Below, piece by piece: positions 1-14,689 of a DNA stretch of 64,000 nucleotides. Numbering within the stretch: position 1 is the stretch's first letter; every line of letters begins with the position of its first letter. The DNA is taken from assembly GCA_013239625.1 (NCBI GenBank), contig MU056905.1, positions 38,168,783 through 38,232,782 on the forward strand, written 5' to 3'. Under the pieces are notes generated by a model. It made no database searches. It saw nothing but the letters and a program-made list of their open reading frames with translations, and was not told the origin of the DNA. Source of the stretch: Lama guanicoe. Its lineage: Eukaryota. The position numbers and the translations under genes are program-made.

Positions 1-3000
1 CGAGACACCAGTGGCACATTCTGTTCATGGCTTTATTTCCTTCATTTAGTGTGTTCATATGCAACACATTTTTCTGAATTAAAACATCAGTAATCGAATT
101 TATACTCACATTCGATTGATGGTCCCCTAGAATTGGTAACCTTGGCCTAATACACCAATTTATTCTAAAATCTATAATTGCCTGCATTTGTAATTGAGCT
201 CACAATTTTGCCCTGACACCATTCTGAATTGTAAATCCTGGCACTCTGCTGCCAGCAATTTTGATATTGTGACTTTAATTTTAATTGTGGGTGACATTTT
301 TGGGGGGATATGCATAAAGACTCAAGATGTTTTTAAGGTTAATCAGACTTGAAAAAAATCAATGAATATACATAAACCGTGATTGAGCATCCACAAATAG
401 GTAGAAAACAGAAAATACACAAACATTCTTGAGAATTCACTTCCAATAACTGATTTATATAGTTCTTATTTCTGTAGAGTTTGGGGAAAAAAGATTTTTT
501 TTTTTGACAGTGGCTTGGTCCACACTGCCATCCCATACTTGCCTCCTCCCCCATCAGCTGTTGATGATAAATTGCTTGGTGGGAATAACTCTTGGCAGAA
601 AAGAGTAAACAATCATACAATAATTCAAAGACTGAGGTTTGTTAAGCACCTCTAGATAAACAGATTAGGAACATAATGTATGTAATTCAGGAGCAAGCCA
701 ACTAAACCTATCGTATAATAAGTGATGTTTTTTCTCACATCTGCCCACAACACTGAATCTAGTTTCATTCTTGTTTGCTGATAAACTTCTACTCAAAACT
801 TGAGATGATGAGACTATAAGTTAAAGTCATCATGTGGCTCTAAGTATATGGTGCTCCAGAGCTCCCAGGCTGGTGTCGAAAAGGTTTGTCAAAATAGTCA
901 TTAATCTCACTGCCATTGGATTTTTGTCCATAACCCATATGGTTACACAGTGTAAAGCCACTGAATTTTTTTGTTGTTTTTTTTGTTATTGAACTCACAA
1001 ATTTTACTTGCCCATGTGATTAGCTGAATATTTCTTATACCTATTCTGGTTACAGGTCCCTGTAGATGATAAATTCTTATTTTAATACTAACCTGTTCAA
1101 TTAGTCTTGTTTTTGATACCCAAGAGTTAGGGAATTACAGACATGAAAGAGGTGGTCTAAAGATTATTTTTGGCATACAAATCTAACCCTGTAAAATTTG
1201 CTTTCTATTTTGTATGTAAAATATGTGCTATAAAGACTTTTCCACAAAAGCTTACGTATTAGCGATTGCAATGAGCAACTAAGTATTGTTATTTACTGTA
1301 ACCAAGTGGTAAACAATCCTTAAATCCGCTGGATATTTTCAAAGCCGGGAACTTCTCTTTAGTTGCCATGTTGATTATACAGTTCAGGACCCAGTAAAAT
1401 ACAAAAACATGATGCATACGGAGAATTTGCTTCAATTACTAAAACTCAATTTCCTTTACTGATGAAAGATCTAAATTAAAACGATCACCTCTCAGCCTAC
1501 CCCTGATGTTTTCCAGAGGATGGTGAATCCTCGAGTTGAGTAACCAGGACACAAATAATCCTTCTGTAAGATTCTAGCTTCCACAGAGCAGTCCAAACAG
1601 TAGGTATGACCCCAGGGAGGTTACATTCCTGGTGCCATCGATCCCAGTTCAGTCTTTAATGTTCTAGAGGTGAATTTGCCTTGTTAGCTCATCAAAATAA
1701 TACAGATAAAGAGGGACTGGCATTGTCTAGAAAGCCACAGGTCCTTCCATGATTAAGAACAGAGAAGTGCAGTGTACAAATTCTCTGTGGTTCAACTTTT
1801 TTTATTTTCATGTGTCTGAGGAACCTAGGGATTCACTCCTTCATCAAATGAAAGAATTTGAAAGCTGTTGCAACAACAAATCAACCTAATTAAATACAAA
1901 TCATTTTACTGTGTGTTTTGTCTAACTCTGTAAATTCTGCAAGGGACAACAGCAAAATATTCATAAAAGGTAATAAGAGAAGCAGAAGGAGTTTTTTTGT
2001 TTTTTGTGGTAGGAAAAACGCTTTATTTAACTGAAAAAAAGATACCCTGAATAGCTATCTGTACCACATAAATGTACTTTGCTGTTGTCTTACAGTGAGC
2101 AGGAAAAAGTATAGTTAGGGAAGTGATGGAAATAGCCAGGAAAAAGCATATTAGAGCCTCCATTATGCCAGTGATAAATATTTCAGCAGCTTTGTTGAGG
2201 TGTGGATAAATTTCCCTCAGAGTATTCATAGAAGACATGATGCGAGATTATCGATAGTACCAAACACCACCCAGACTACCTGGGGAAAAATCATAAATCT
2301 TACAAGCAGTCTACATGTGCTTGCATTTCTACAATATCTGAATTTGCTTAGTGATTCATAGAGGGGACCACACTGTGGCATTTATACTTCATCACAACCC
2401 AGGAATCTCTACTCCGTGTTTGAAGTACAAATCATTTGCCAGGGCACTAAACCAATTTTTTTTTCTTTGAATCTTTATACTAATAACAGGGCTAGAAAGA
2501 AAAGTGCTAAAACCATGTCATTCTAATAAGATGGGTCATTTCTAGAAGGACAGCACAGTAAACATCAAATTTTTGATACAGCCTTATTTGTTTACTTTGT
2601 TCCCTGAATTCTCTCTTTTCTTTTCTTTTTCTCTTCTACAGCTTCTTTACTATGTATGGGTAAATAACAAGGAGAATTAGCACCCCCAACCCCACCCCGC
2701 CTTTTCAGGCAAAAGCAGGACCTGGGGAAAAGGGAGTTTCTCAAGAGGGTGTGGAAAGGAACAAAGCACGTGTGTTTCTGTCTTTATGAAAATCAATTAC
2801 CTGAGGTCTGAGTACCTTCTTAACATTATCCAGAACTGCATGGGAACTTAAATCTGAACTGGCAGGGGGAAAATAATCTCTCGGGGAGAGTGAGTGTAAT
2901 AGTCTGGCCGTCTCTTGCACATGAGGAATAAACTGGGAAAGCATGCTAGGCAAAGGCATCCTTTTTGGGAAATGCCTTCCACTTCAACCTGAGAACAGTC

Positions 3001-3434
3001 TCCCACCATTTTGTCACTTCCCTGAGGTAACGGACCCTCGCGGCTGAGAATCACTACTTCCATCGCAAGCATTTCTTTAACCAGGGGTTGGGTACCTTGA
3101 CAACTTGATGGAAAAACATGTCGACTAAAATGTTCTTAATAAGCCCGCCTCAGGACCTTCCTCCCCTGTGGTCTCATCAGCCGTCAATGAGCTACACTCA
3201 TAACCCTCAATTCTCACGTAAAACCCGATCTGGCAGAGAAGTAATTACCTAGCTGGAGCTGTGCCCCTCTGCGGTGAAGCCCAGGAAGCATGATAATGCT
3301 GTCTAATTAGTGTTTATTATCTGATCCGTTCACGTCGGTGGTAGTACCAAAAAAAGTGCCCCTCAGCTGGACGTGCCTATCATAACGAGACACAGAAGCT
3401 ACTCACGTAAAAGCTTCTCATTGTCTGCATTTTC

Positions 3435-3448
3435 ATTGCCATGGCAAC
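3435..3448. promoter_or_regulatory. RFX X-box motif
   Basis: ATTGCCATGGCAAC, 13/14 match to the palindrome GTTGCCATGGCAAC, inside a CpG-retaining patch. Confidence 0.5.
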
Positions 3449-4089
3449 CAAAATTCAGCTTCCTTCCAAGCAATTTGTAGCTCAGCCATGCTCCCTAGAC
3501 CGCTCGCGGCTGACCTGGCATTCCATCTAGGACTTTCTAAATGTTAGCCTGACAACAGGTGTTGGTATTACTGCGACGAAGACCTGCATGATAAGCTTCT
3601 CATTTTACTCTATGGGGACAAGTAGTACGTTCAGGGCTTCTTCTTGGCAGCTGTTACTCTAACAGAAAGTCAGAATTCAAATCCTTGAAACCCCCTGCCA
3701 CTCTGTGTGCTGAGGTGGGGAGTAAGTACACAGATGCTTCTGCATTTCTATGAGGTGCTGTTACCCGCACCTTGGCTCTTGCTATGCGCTTTATAACTAC
3801 CTTCGATCTTCAAGGGGCTCTGATAAGAATAATCTGATTCCCTGAATCGATGGGAACTTGAGACAGTCTCAACAACAGGGTTTTACCAAGTTGAGTATAC
3901 AGCTGGACCTTCTGGAGGGAGGATCGGTTCGTTTGGGGAGAGCAAAAGAAGCACCTCTAACCCTTTCAAAAATCAACGCTGGTGTGTTTTAGAGTAGAAA
4001 TCAGGGAATTCAAAATAACAGTGCTGTAGCTTAATCCAGACTCTTAATCTTCCATTTTTAAAGAGATTACAAACTATGAAATCCTGGGA

Positions 4090-4270
4090 AGGTATGGTGC
4101 GGCAGCTAAGGGCACAGACTTTAGGTGACTTAGGTTTCTAAGCCACAGTTATCTCAACTGCAAAATGTTGATAATGATAGTATGTATGCTCTAGAACTGT
4201 CATAGGAATTACATGGGGCAAAGATTGTCGAGTGTTGAGCGCACGTGAGGCACACAGTAAGCTCTGGGTC
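4090..4270 (+). mobile_element. MIR
   Basis: ggcacagacttt, ctcaactgcaaaatg..gataat, ggcacacagtaagctc. Confidence 0.65.
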
Positions 4271-7129
4271 AGGCAGCAGTACCAGTACTCCATCAGCCCA
4301 CGTGGTATTACACATCGGTGCTAATCCCCTTCTTGTGGGGCTGGCGTTCTGGGACACACACACTATACTCCTCTACCTAACTTCCACATCCTACATATGG
4401 GATTGCTTAAGCAGTCCAGGAAATTTGGGGGTTTCAAGAAGGAAAAAGGCACAAGTAGGCATTGCCGGGAGATAATAAAAAAAAAACCCCAAACTTTCGG
4501 CTAAGTTTCACTTGGGGAAAGGCAAGGGAAGCTTCTAGTTCTGCTAAACAAACTCCCTTCACTTTTAGGAAAGCTCTTGCTTGATCTCAGGTGCAGACAG
4601 AGGAGTGTCAGATACTGGCTGATGCAATAAGGTATCAGTGTGAATAAACACACACATTTCAAACTGTATCTCTCCAAAGAGTCTCTCAACTCCCAGCCCT
4701 GTCTGTATTTTAGAGCATGCTAATTAGTTCTTGCTGTTAAAAATTTTCTCAAAAGCTCTACGTGACATGTGCTGTTACAGCCTCTATTTTAGGGGGAGTA
4801 GAAGGAGTGTTAAGAGAGAGGCCAAGATTAGAGCTAAAATCATACTTTGAAGGATTCCATATGCTATGAAAATTAAAGTATAATAATAGGTCAAAGAAGT
4901 TTTTCCAAAGAAGTCAGAGTGTTTCTAGAAAGGGCTTTTAGGTTCACAAATTAGGACACATGATCCAGGTAGAGTTAGAAGGCAAGATTTGGATGACTTG
5001 TTCAGTCGTTTGACTCTCTGGAGTGAATTTGGCAAGTTAATTAAGGTATCTTTTCAATGGGGTGAAAAATACCTGTCTCAGGTTTGTTGTGATGGTAAGG
5101 TGCTGTACTGCATATAAAGTATTAAGCACAGCCAGTGGGCTTCAATGATAGCTTTTTTTTTTTAAATTGTTACATTTCCTTTGGGTTATTTTAGTATTCT
5201 CTCAGTAAATCTGTTTGCCAAAGATGGAGTTCTACGAGCTGATGATTCAGTATAGAGATGTGTCTATGATTACTATACTAAGAGGCAAAAGACACAACAG
5301 AGAGATTTCTTTGAAATCACAGCTTTCCAGGGGTTTGATACTGAGCTTGGAATGAAAGATCTCAACCAATCCAAGAGCTTGGGCCAACTAGGACTTTCCA
5401 TAAAAACACTAGGAAGTTTTAATATATTACATAGCTTAGAGTGCTCTTTGAGATTTTAAGATAATTAACAAAACCCTGAAGTATTTTCAGGGTCCTCTGC
5501 GGACTCCTTGGAATGGTACACAGCTGGCTCCCTTTGGTAACGTTCAAAAGGCCAATTTTCTTTATTCTTTGAGAATGTACATGTCATTCCCCAGAATATT
5601 TTCAACAGAAGTTTTAAAAAATGACAGGGTTTCATTGCGTGGCAGTCTTGCTAACCTAATTAAGTAATCAAGTGATTTGTTATTTCAAGCATATCCCATT
5701 GTCTTGCCTGCATGATTAACTTGCTAAAAAATTCTCTGCTGATACACTTATTGAGTCTGAGGACCATTTACCAAACCGTAATCTTAGAGCTGAAATTGAG
5801 GTTGTAAATGGTCAGAAATATGAAAATAACACTAAATTAAATGCATTTCTTATCGCAGGAGGAAATTACCATGGAATGATGTAGAAGGTAACAAATCGCC
5901 AATTCCTAGCCCCATTTTGAAAAGAAACATTATGACCCAAGCCCTGTTTTTCAAACATATACTCATTTTTGTTCTCTCCTAAGAAGTCACTCTTGTAACT
6001 TCCACAAATTTCCTAGCCTCTTCATGCAGGTAATTGATGTAAGAGCTTTCCCTATTTCAGTTGTAAATTCATCTAATGATCATTTTTAGTTGTGATATTT
6101 GGTGCTTCCCCAGGTGGGGTCCTTAGTTTGCGTCCGTGTGGGCATTCCAGCATGTTCCTTGGGTTAATCACTGCTGATCCGGACTCCAATCTTTTTGTGT
6201 TCTTGGCATGAGGTTATGATTTTATGATAGCTTTTCATCAAAAACATCTGCCCAACTGTGGGTCATGTTTTTTTTTTTATTAATTTTCATATTCAATGGG
6301 GTTAGTAAATTATGCTTTTGACCTTCACAAGTGGTTCTTAAATCAGAGTGGTATGAAAATCAATCCTCTTGCCAAGTCAAGAGGACCCAGGTTTGCTTTC
6401 AGTGCCTCAAGCTTTATTAAACTAAACTCTTCTCAATTAATTCTTTAAAAACAATTATTTTCTTTACAAATACATTTCTATAAATTGACTTATCAGTAGG
6501 CTATATATAATCCAGCCTCTTGAGTAGTAAGAAGAACTAAAAAATTAGTTTCCAATGGACTATTTCTCTTTGGAGTGTTAAGAGTTGGTATTTATGTATC
6601 AAAGATTATAAAGCAACAATAGGAGTTTCTTGAAGCTGGGCCATACTTGTGATCTTTCTGAAGATTTCTAGATCTGTCCTGGAGACAGGCAAACTGGGGT
6701 TGGATTGGAAGGATTTCATAAAGGAATTAAGCCTCGAGCATGTTCCAGATACTGAGGAAAAGATATATAGCAGAAGGGAAATTTGAGTTTGGTTATCAGA
6801 GAGACAAGTATTTTCAGGATGCTGTTTGGCATAAGGAAAGAATGCAAATCAAATCTAGGATGAGGATTAAATGTGAAGATGAAGGTAATTTCATGCCTAA
6901 TGGCTTGTGTTTTATATAATCAGTGGCTTTAAGAATGAGATAATATGAAGAGGAAGTGAGAAAGAGACTAAGCCAATAACTTGCAAATGTTCTTGACATG
7001 ATAGACACATAGGAGCAATTCATCGTGATTGAGATGAAGAAAGGCACATTTCCATGGCAGGCTTCAAAGTTAAAGAAGTTCTAACTTTGATTAACTTCAT
7101 TCTAGCTCTCTCCATTTGTTCTTCCAATC

Positions 7130-7560
7130 AGTACCATAAATTGAACCTGTTCTAAAGGAAGCCCGTACCGTTCATTTCCCTGAACGTGACCTGTTGCAGA
7201 TTTCCCCATCCCAGTGGTTCAGCAACCCCACTCTTCCAGTTGCTCAGGACAAAATCCATGCACTCATCCTTGGCTTCTTACTCTTGCAGAGTCAAGCAAA
7301 TCCTCTTGGTTCTTCCTTCAGGATATATTCAGAACCTGACTACTTTTCATAAACAGTTCCTGCTTCATTTTCCTCCTAAACTCTTAGAATCTAGCACACT
7401 TTGTATTTTACTCACTCATCTTGCTTAGTATTTTTCTTCCCTTCTAGAATATCAGCCTTCTGAGAGAGAACTGACTATTCTATTTACTGCTATATCCTTA
7501 GCCTCCAGAACGGCGAACACATAGTAGGTGTGCTACACTTTTTGAATGCAAATAAAATCA
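7130..7560 (+). mobile_element. L2 fragment
   Basis: ccagttgctcaggacaaaa..catccttg, and 3' end ctagaatatcagcc...tatttactgctatatcc..acatagtaggtg. Confidence 0.7.
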
Positions 7561-9443
7561 GTAGGGAAGAAAGAGGGAAGGGCAACACACACTGAATTAC
7601 ATTTGCTCTTGGTTGATTCAACAGCTATTTTTCTGTACTCACTATGTGCCTCCTTGAATAGTCAGGTGTTTAAATCTTGTGTATATTGTATATATTTCAT
7701 TAAGATGCTAAGTTATCCTTAGGATTTTAGATAAAATCCAGAATATATATCATGGACTACACAATACACATGTATTCATAGAATACATACTTATGGCACT
7801 GAATGAATATGTATCTCCCCTCTTATTTGGGTTAACAAGTTAGTACCTGCAAATTTATAAAATCTGAAGGATCTCATCACATTTGAATAGAATTTGCTTG
7901 GAAAGAGCTCATTTTCAGAATTATAATTAAACTTTTCTCACATACACTATCTTCTGTTTAACTTCATTCAAGACCAGAGTGATGACGATGAAATAGGTGT
8001 TAGAGTGTAATTATAAGCATGCTTTAGAAAATGATGGGGTTTTTCTAAATAACAGATTTGGTGTTTTGAGTAAATTGTGTATCACTTTAGCATCCTGGAT
8101 ATTTTCAATTTATAATCACTCAAAGGATTGCAGATCTGTAAGGGAGAGAGGGAACTAAGTTGTTTATACAACAGTGGTAATAGGGTCAACGTCTGAATTT
8201 TCAAAAGCAACCCTATTGTGTAAATGGGATTAGATTTCAAGAGGCAGATGTGACATCTTGGAAAATGGAAAGAGGAGAGAAACTGAAGATTGTGCTTTGT
8301 AGTCCATATGATTTAAATAGTCTTAGGAGTTTGTGTGTTTTATCTTACTGGATGTAAAAATGACCTATTTTAGGTTGGAGATGGCTAAATATCTTTTTAA
8401 AAACATCAGAAACCTCAGTCAATGTGATTTACTGACTTGTATTTACTATGAATCTCAAACCAAACCCCTACTAAATATTAAGAGTATTGTGCCTTTGTGA
8501 GATGTCTTTTCAGATGGGAGACTCTTCTTAAAAACGAAGTGAAATAGATGGAATCTGATATTTGTGAATTGCTATGTGACTAAGTTAAAACTGTATCTTC
8601 AAACAGAATGAGGCATATTTACTAACATAATAGTAATATTAATAAAATTTAAAGGGAGAATAACATTTTTGATGTATAAAACAATTATAAAATGCGTATT
8701 TTATTTTTGCTTTAGCCTTTAAATTGTTTTACTTGTAAATAAGTGTATAATGTTCATTTTATATTACTACAATCTTAAATGTACAACATTGATAAAACTA
8801 CAAGTAAACATATAAATGAGAATGTTCTCAAAGTGTTAGGTGAACATCATCAAAATTTGAAGATCTCTGATCTCATCATTAGACAACTGGTTAAGCTTTG
8901 ATTATATAGAAGGGATAGCTCCCTCCAGCCCCATCCTCTTTGATTTTCACAGTGTTTATCTGGCTTACAAATAATTATTTGGAAAAGATATAATTTTGAG
9001 AAAAATGACCTATAACTCCTAAATCAGTCTACATCCATTGGGTGAGGGAAATCTTTAATTTCATATCCTGTTAATTTTTTTTAACACAGGCTTTAAAAAT
9101 TCTTTTTTAGTTGTTTGCTATTCTTTTTGAGACTGTAGGCTCCATAGGTGGATGGACCACGTCCATCTAATCGACTGAGTCTCAAGTGCCCAATGTAGCG
9201 CTTTGCCCAGATGGTGACTGAAGTGCTGATAGACTGTTTTTTTTTTTTTTTTAAGAAGCCAGAGATAATGAGCAAAGAGGAGGGAGGTGAGGACATGATG
9301 GTGAGGGGGATTTCTCACTTTATAGGATGATGAAAAACTTGGACCAAGAAGGGGATTTAGCCTGGCAATTGAAATTTAAAATCTACTTGTTTGGGAGATC
9401 CTCCTGATATCTAACCTAGTATGGTGTTACTTCATGTTACTTT

Positions 9444-9671
9444 CTTTCCTTTTTTAAAAGTTGAAGTGTAGTCAGTTTACAATGTTGTGTCAATTTCTGG
9501 TGTACAGTATGTTTCAGTCATACATACACGTACGTATATTTGTTTTCAGATTCTTTATAGTGAAAAGGTTATTACAAGATATTGAACATAGTTCCCTGTG
9601 CACTATGGTATAAACACATTGTTTATGTATTTTATATATAGTAGTTAGTATCTGCAATTCTTGAACATCAG
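9444..9671 (-). mobile_element. 5'-truncated L1 3' end (artiodactyl/camelid type)
   Basis: Characteristic ttgaagtgtagtcagtttacaatgttgtgtcaatttctggtgtacag...ggttattacaagatattgaacatagttccctgtgc. TSD ttcatgttacttt (9431-9443) / ttcatattacttt (9672-9684). Confidence 0.85.
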
Positions 9672-11059
9672 TTCATATTACTTTATACATCATTTGCTTT
9701 TTCAGACATACTGACAACCTTCCAGAGGTTTGTTCTACATTTCCTAGCCAGTCTTGAAATAGACACTGATTTAGACTGTGTCTGCCATGCCGGCTTTAGG
9801 TTAAAGAACTAACTACAGTATTATGCCTAAAGATACTGTCCTTTCTATGGGAATATAATCGGTAATCCTAGGAGTATTGTTGTTACAATCACACAACATC
9901 ATAATTGAGCCGCGCTAATCAATTTGTAAGTGTAATCTGGATAACTCCATTGTGACATAATGTCTTAACGTACTCAGTTCCGTTCAACTTGACTTCTGAT
10001 TTAGTTCAGTTCATACTATAAGCTCAACATGGTGGAAGAGGATAAAATGAAATATCTGCATTTTCATTTTTATTTCAACCTTTATGGGCCCTGCTTTAAG
10101 CAAAGCTTGATGATGGCCATGCAAAATGAATTAAGTTGGGTCTCTGGCAAAAAGAATTTAGAAAGAGCCACAGGTACCTACAGAGTGTGATAAACCATGG
10201 GGAGGGGTAACTCCACTGTGCCCTGGGGACACAGAAAACGGGACAAACAGGGTGCCTGGCAACCCTGATGATGAAAGAGTTCAGTCTCATGAATGAGGAA
10301 AGGCATTTACGGGACACAATCAAAGGAAGACAAACCTGTGATCAAGTGAAATATGTGGACAGTATAAAGACGAGGGAAAATGACGATGGGGCTAAGATAA
10401 CAGGAAGTTTCCTGGAGAAGCAAATATTTAATTGGTTCTACCCAGGTCAGTGGGTTTGTTTTTTGCTACTTTGTGCCCAGCTGACAGAGGAGGGGCAAAA
10501 AAGAAAGGCAAGACGACAGGAAGCTTTTTAGCTCATACCTCTGGGGCATGACTTCTGAAATGATGAAAGGAAATTAAAACTGCCCAGAAACTCGCTGGCT
10601 GCCTGCGATTGGCTTCCCACTGGGAAGTCACAGCTCACTGTTTTATAGCTGCTCTTTTTTGCATTATGTATACTTGTAAACACTAACCTTTCTCTCTCTC
10701 TCTCCTCACCACCTCTCTCTTTTTTCAGTTGTTGGAGAAAACATAAATTCCTTCTGGACATTATTTTCCAGCAGAAATAAGAAACATGAAAAAAAAAAAA
10801 AGATAAAGAGCAGTGTTTTTTTTTGCTCATTAGGGCATTGGCTGTTTATCTATGAAGTCACAGGCATTTGCATGTGTTGGCATCCGCAGGCACAGTTGGG
10901 TAATGTTACTCTGTCAAAATAATCTATAGAGGGTATTAATTGTGAGTCAACTGATCATTTTGCAGCTCAAAAGCATTTATTATCTTTTAGGGTTGAGGTT
11001 TCTATGGTTTGGGGATTATGGCCAATTGAAATGACAGCGTGCACAGTCTAGACAGTGGA

Positions 11060-11230
11060 ATGCAGTGGGTAAGCAGACCGGCTTAGGTAACAGGCCCAGC
11101 TGGAGTGAGGAGCCGGGACCGCCATTCATTCACTCTGTGACCTTGAACACGTCTCTTAATGTTTAAGCCTTAGTTTCCTCATTTGCATATGGGGATAATC
11201 TTGACCTCATGAGATTAGGATTAAAGGAAA
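11060..11230 (+). mobile_element. MIR
   Basis: ctgtgaccttgaacacgtctcttaa..aagccttagtttcctcatttgcatatggggataat core. Confidence 0.75.
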
Positions 11231-11419
11231 CCCAGAGCAGCACCAGATTACAGCTATCATCATCAGTGGTCGTCCATTTTTTTTTTTTTAGGGGAAAAAT
11301 AAAATACTAGCCCTTTGTGGGGATAAACTTGTCTTCAATCAATAGGCTCTGCCATGTGCTAATATTAGCTTCAGGCCGAGCATGATCATTTAGAGCTTTA
11401 GCTCCCACCTAGAATGCGA

Positions 11420-11900
11420 CAGTTTTAGGAGACTGGAAGGATTTAACAGGTTAGCCCCCTGCCTGCGGTGGTGAGTAGGGCACCATTTCTAACCCTGTGT
11501 TTCTCCTAAGCTTGCCTCTAGCCTTTGCTTAGGTGCTGAAATTGAAAGAACCACGTCGTAGGGGTCTCCACTGCTGAGACCCACTGATCGTATTTGACAC
11601 CTTTAGAATTAACAAGAGTAAGCTGAATTCTTTCCCCACATATATGCGGGCAGTCATCCTGTCCTCTCTAGATCTGTTCTTTGTAGCTTGAGCATCTCCA
11701 AGTCCTTGAACAGTTCCTCAACAGAACAGACTGGATCTGCCCTCTGTGTGACCCTGGTTTCCCTCTGGATTTGCTTCAGAAAGTTAATGTCTCTCCTCTT
11801 CAGTGTGTTTCTGGAAGCGAATGCAGTATTCCAGACTTCTCAGTGAAGAGTATCAGAGCTCAGTGGCCAGTCTCATCTTTGAAATGAATAATCCAAGCTG
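11420..11900 (-). mobile_element. CR1/L3 LINE 3' fragment
   Basis: ccaagtccttgaacagttcctca ... ccctctggatttgcttcag..gttaatgtctctc ... gaatgcagtattccaga resembles antisense L3. Confidence 0.6.
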
Positions 11901-14689
11901 GTAGTAAGATTTCACTGCTGTTTCTACATTTCAGGTTAAATCATTTTGAAATTTAAATGGAAAGTTAGGGAGGCAATGACAAGAACAACTCATACCAACA
12001 GCAGTCAAGCAGAAATAAAAAGTCTTTTTGCTCATTGACCCACCCAAGATGAAAAACGGTCCCACTCCTGTATCTGGCTTGTAAGCAAATGTTAGGTTCT
12101 AGTAGCTTTAATAACAAGTTCCTTTTACAGCAGTAAAGATGGTTAGACCAGGTTAAAAAATTCCAAGTGGTAGTTATAAGAATTAAAATACATATGCTAT
12201 AATAGTGTGGGTAAGTTGATTTAAAAGGTAAATCTCTGTATAAAAAATCTGTTGTGTCTAATTTGGCTGGAGGATAGCATCTTTCTGATTAGCTTTGGGC
12301 TAAAGTTACATAATACTTTAATTCTGTTGTGTTGAATATTACTCCAGGAATACTAAAGGTATCTTGATTTAAAGAAAGAAAAGCACCCCTGATTGCAATA
12401 GGTTTGTGAAGAGATTTTTTTTTAAATGTGAGGAGCAGGCTGGAATGTACCTCCTAGTCTCCTGTTGATAGCTGCCTTAGCATCCTGTGAAGCTCTGACA
12501 CCTTTATCCCTGGGATATAGATGGTCTTTGGGTTCATAGCTCCACAGAAAATGTTTCCTAAGCAAGTGGTTTCACCTTGGGCCAGGCTGGCTGACCCAAG
12601 TTGGAGAGAGGCACAGTTCAGCATTACTGACAGGGGCAAATTTAATAATGAGTTAAGGAACAAATCAAAGTGGCACAGAGGAACTGTCTCTGCTGTAGGA
12701 CACAATTTTTCACATTTCTTACCTAGTATCTTAGGAAGTATTTTAACTTGAGTTCACATGGGTACTTCTTTCACTTTTGATTTGAGAATTTGTAGAGCTA
12801 AGTGAAAGCTGGAACCTTGACCATTCAATTACTATGTACCAGCAATGGGCAACAGAGGCTGACTCACAGTGTATCCAGTTGTATCTAAAGGTATTCATTA
12901 TCTGGGACACCACTGTTTGGAAAGATAAGCTGGGGTTACTTTGGGACCAAGTCCTGCCACTTGTAGTCAAATTGCCAAAGCAACAGTGGGTTCCATCTTG
13001 TGTTTCATTTTAGAGAGTTTGTCCAGCAACCAGGCATTAACTTGATAATTAGGATGACAGAGGCGCTCTATTCCTTATTCCTATTTGTTGGCCCAATTAG
13101 CTGTGTTTATCTTGGAACTGTTATCATAAAGAACCACTTGAAAGAGCATTCTGGTATCTCAGAAAATTCGGATAACTTAAAAAGTTGAAAGAGGTAGAAA
13201 TATATACTTAAGAAATAAGACCAGTAGCATATTTCTCATAAAATAGGCTAGGTCTTGCGGCCAAATCTTAAGAGGAGTGGGGAGCAGAGTTTTCCAGCCT
13301 TTGGATTTTCTCCTCGGACAGGTTAGTCTCAGCGATGACTGCCATCCAAATAATGAGGGTGTATTCTTCAAACACACACCCATTATTAGCCATATGGGAC
13401 CAAATTTCTAGGAGCCAGGAGATGGTGAGAAAAAGAGTTAACCAGGAATCATCTCTGGCTTGGAAATACGTTGACAACACTATATAAATGCTGGTTAGGA
13501 GTTTCCACGTTCCATTGCTTCATTTGCTCATGCACAAACGTTAATACCCCAAAGGTCTAAATGGACAGGATCAGAAAGGTTCAGGGCTTCAGATCCAGGT
13601 TTTCTAGTGCTGTTCTCTCCCGCTGCATCCTGCTGCCTCTGAGGAGAGGGTCTGTTTACGGCTGAGCTGCAACTGCACTGGAGGCCAAGGAGGCAAGGAC
13701 AGATGCTGGTATTTGCAGATCGGTCTTTATTAGTAGGCTTTGCCCTGTAACCAGCGTTAAGTCACGCCTAAGGCTTGGCTCTTGGCGAGGTCAGGGCACG
13801 GGATAAAGCATTCCCACAGACTTAAATTCCCGTCGGGAGGCTTTTAAGGTTTTATATTTTAATGAAGTTATTAAAATGAAAGTTCAGACTTGCATAATTC
13901 ATAAGCACTCGCTGCCTTTTTGAAAATCTCTGCCACTAAACTTTTTTTAAATTTTCAGTGAAATTCTTATATAAAACATGAGCACGCCTTGTAGTTAAGA
14001 TGAAAATAGATTTCTAATTCTAGTGAACTGAAGCCCCCCGGTCATATAATATAGCTCTTGAGGCTAGTTTCAGTTACAATGTTTTCACTGCATGTAAAGG
14101 AGATACCGTAACATTCAAGAGCATTTTCTGGATATGTACACCTTGAACTGGCAACTTTTCGTATAAGCAGCTTTCCAGTGTTGAAGTCGTTTTATAAAAT
14201 CTAGAAATTGAGAAATTCTCTTAAATGTTGGTTCTGACTTTGGTAAAGGTATATATTTTTACTTTGACTTTTAGTGACTGTCACAGATACCTTCAACCTG
14301 CTCAAAGCAATGCTGCTAGATTTAGTGTGTTAATGGATTCAAACTCCTGCAAATAGAGCTGATGAAAATCTGAATCTACAAACTAATGATGTGATTTTTT
14401 TTTTGTACTCTTTGCAATCAATCAAGGTTGTCTTTTTAAGCAACGCATTTTTAGGTTCTGAACTAAGGGTAATTGCATCTGACTTTAAAATCCTTTCTTA
14501 TTTAGAGGCACAATGAGACTGTATAAATGTAACATTTTATCTTTCAGCAACAGGAGCCAGTAGTAAAAGCAGCAAGAAAATTTTAGAAATAATAAAAAAA
14601 AAATAGGAACTTCCTCCATTGTGTTTGTCTTCTTGATATGTAGGAACTCTTGGTCTTATGGGGATATTAATGCCTTTTTTTTGCTTTCT

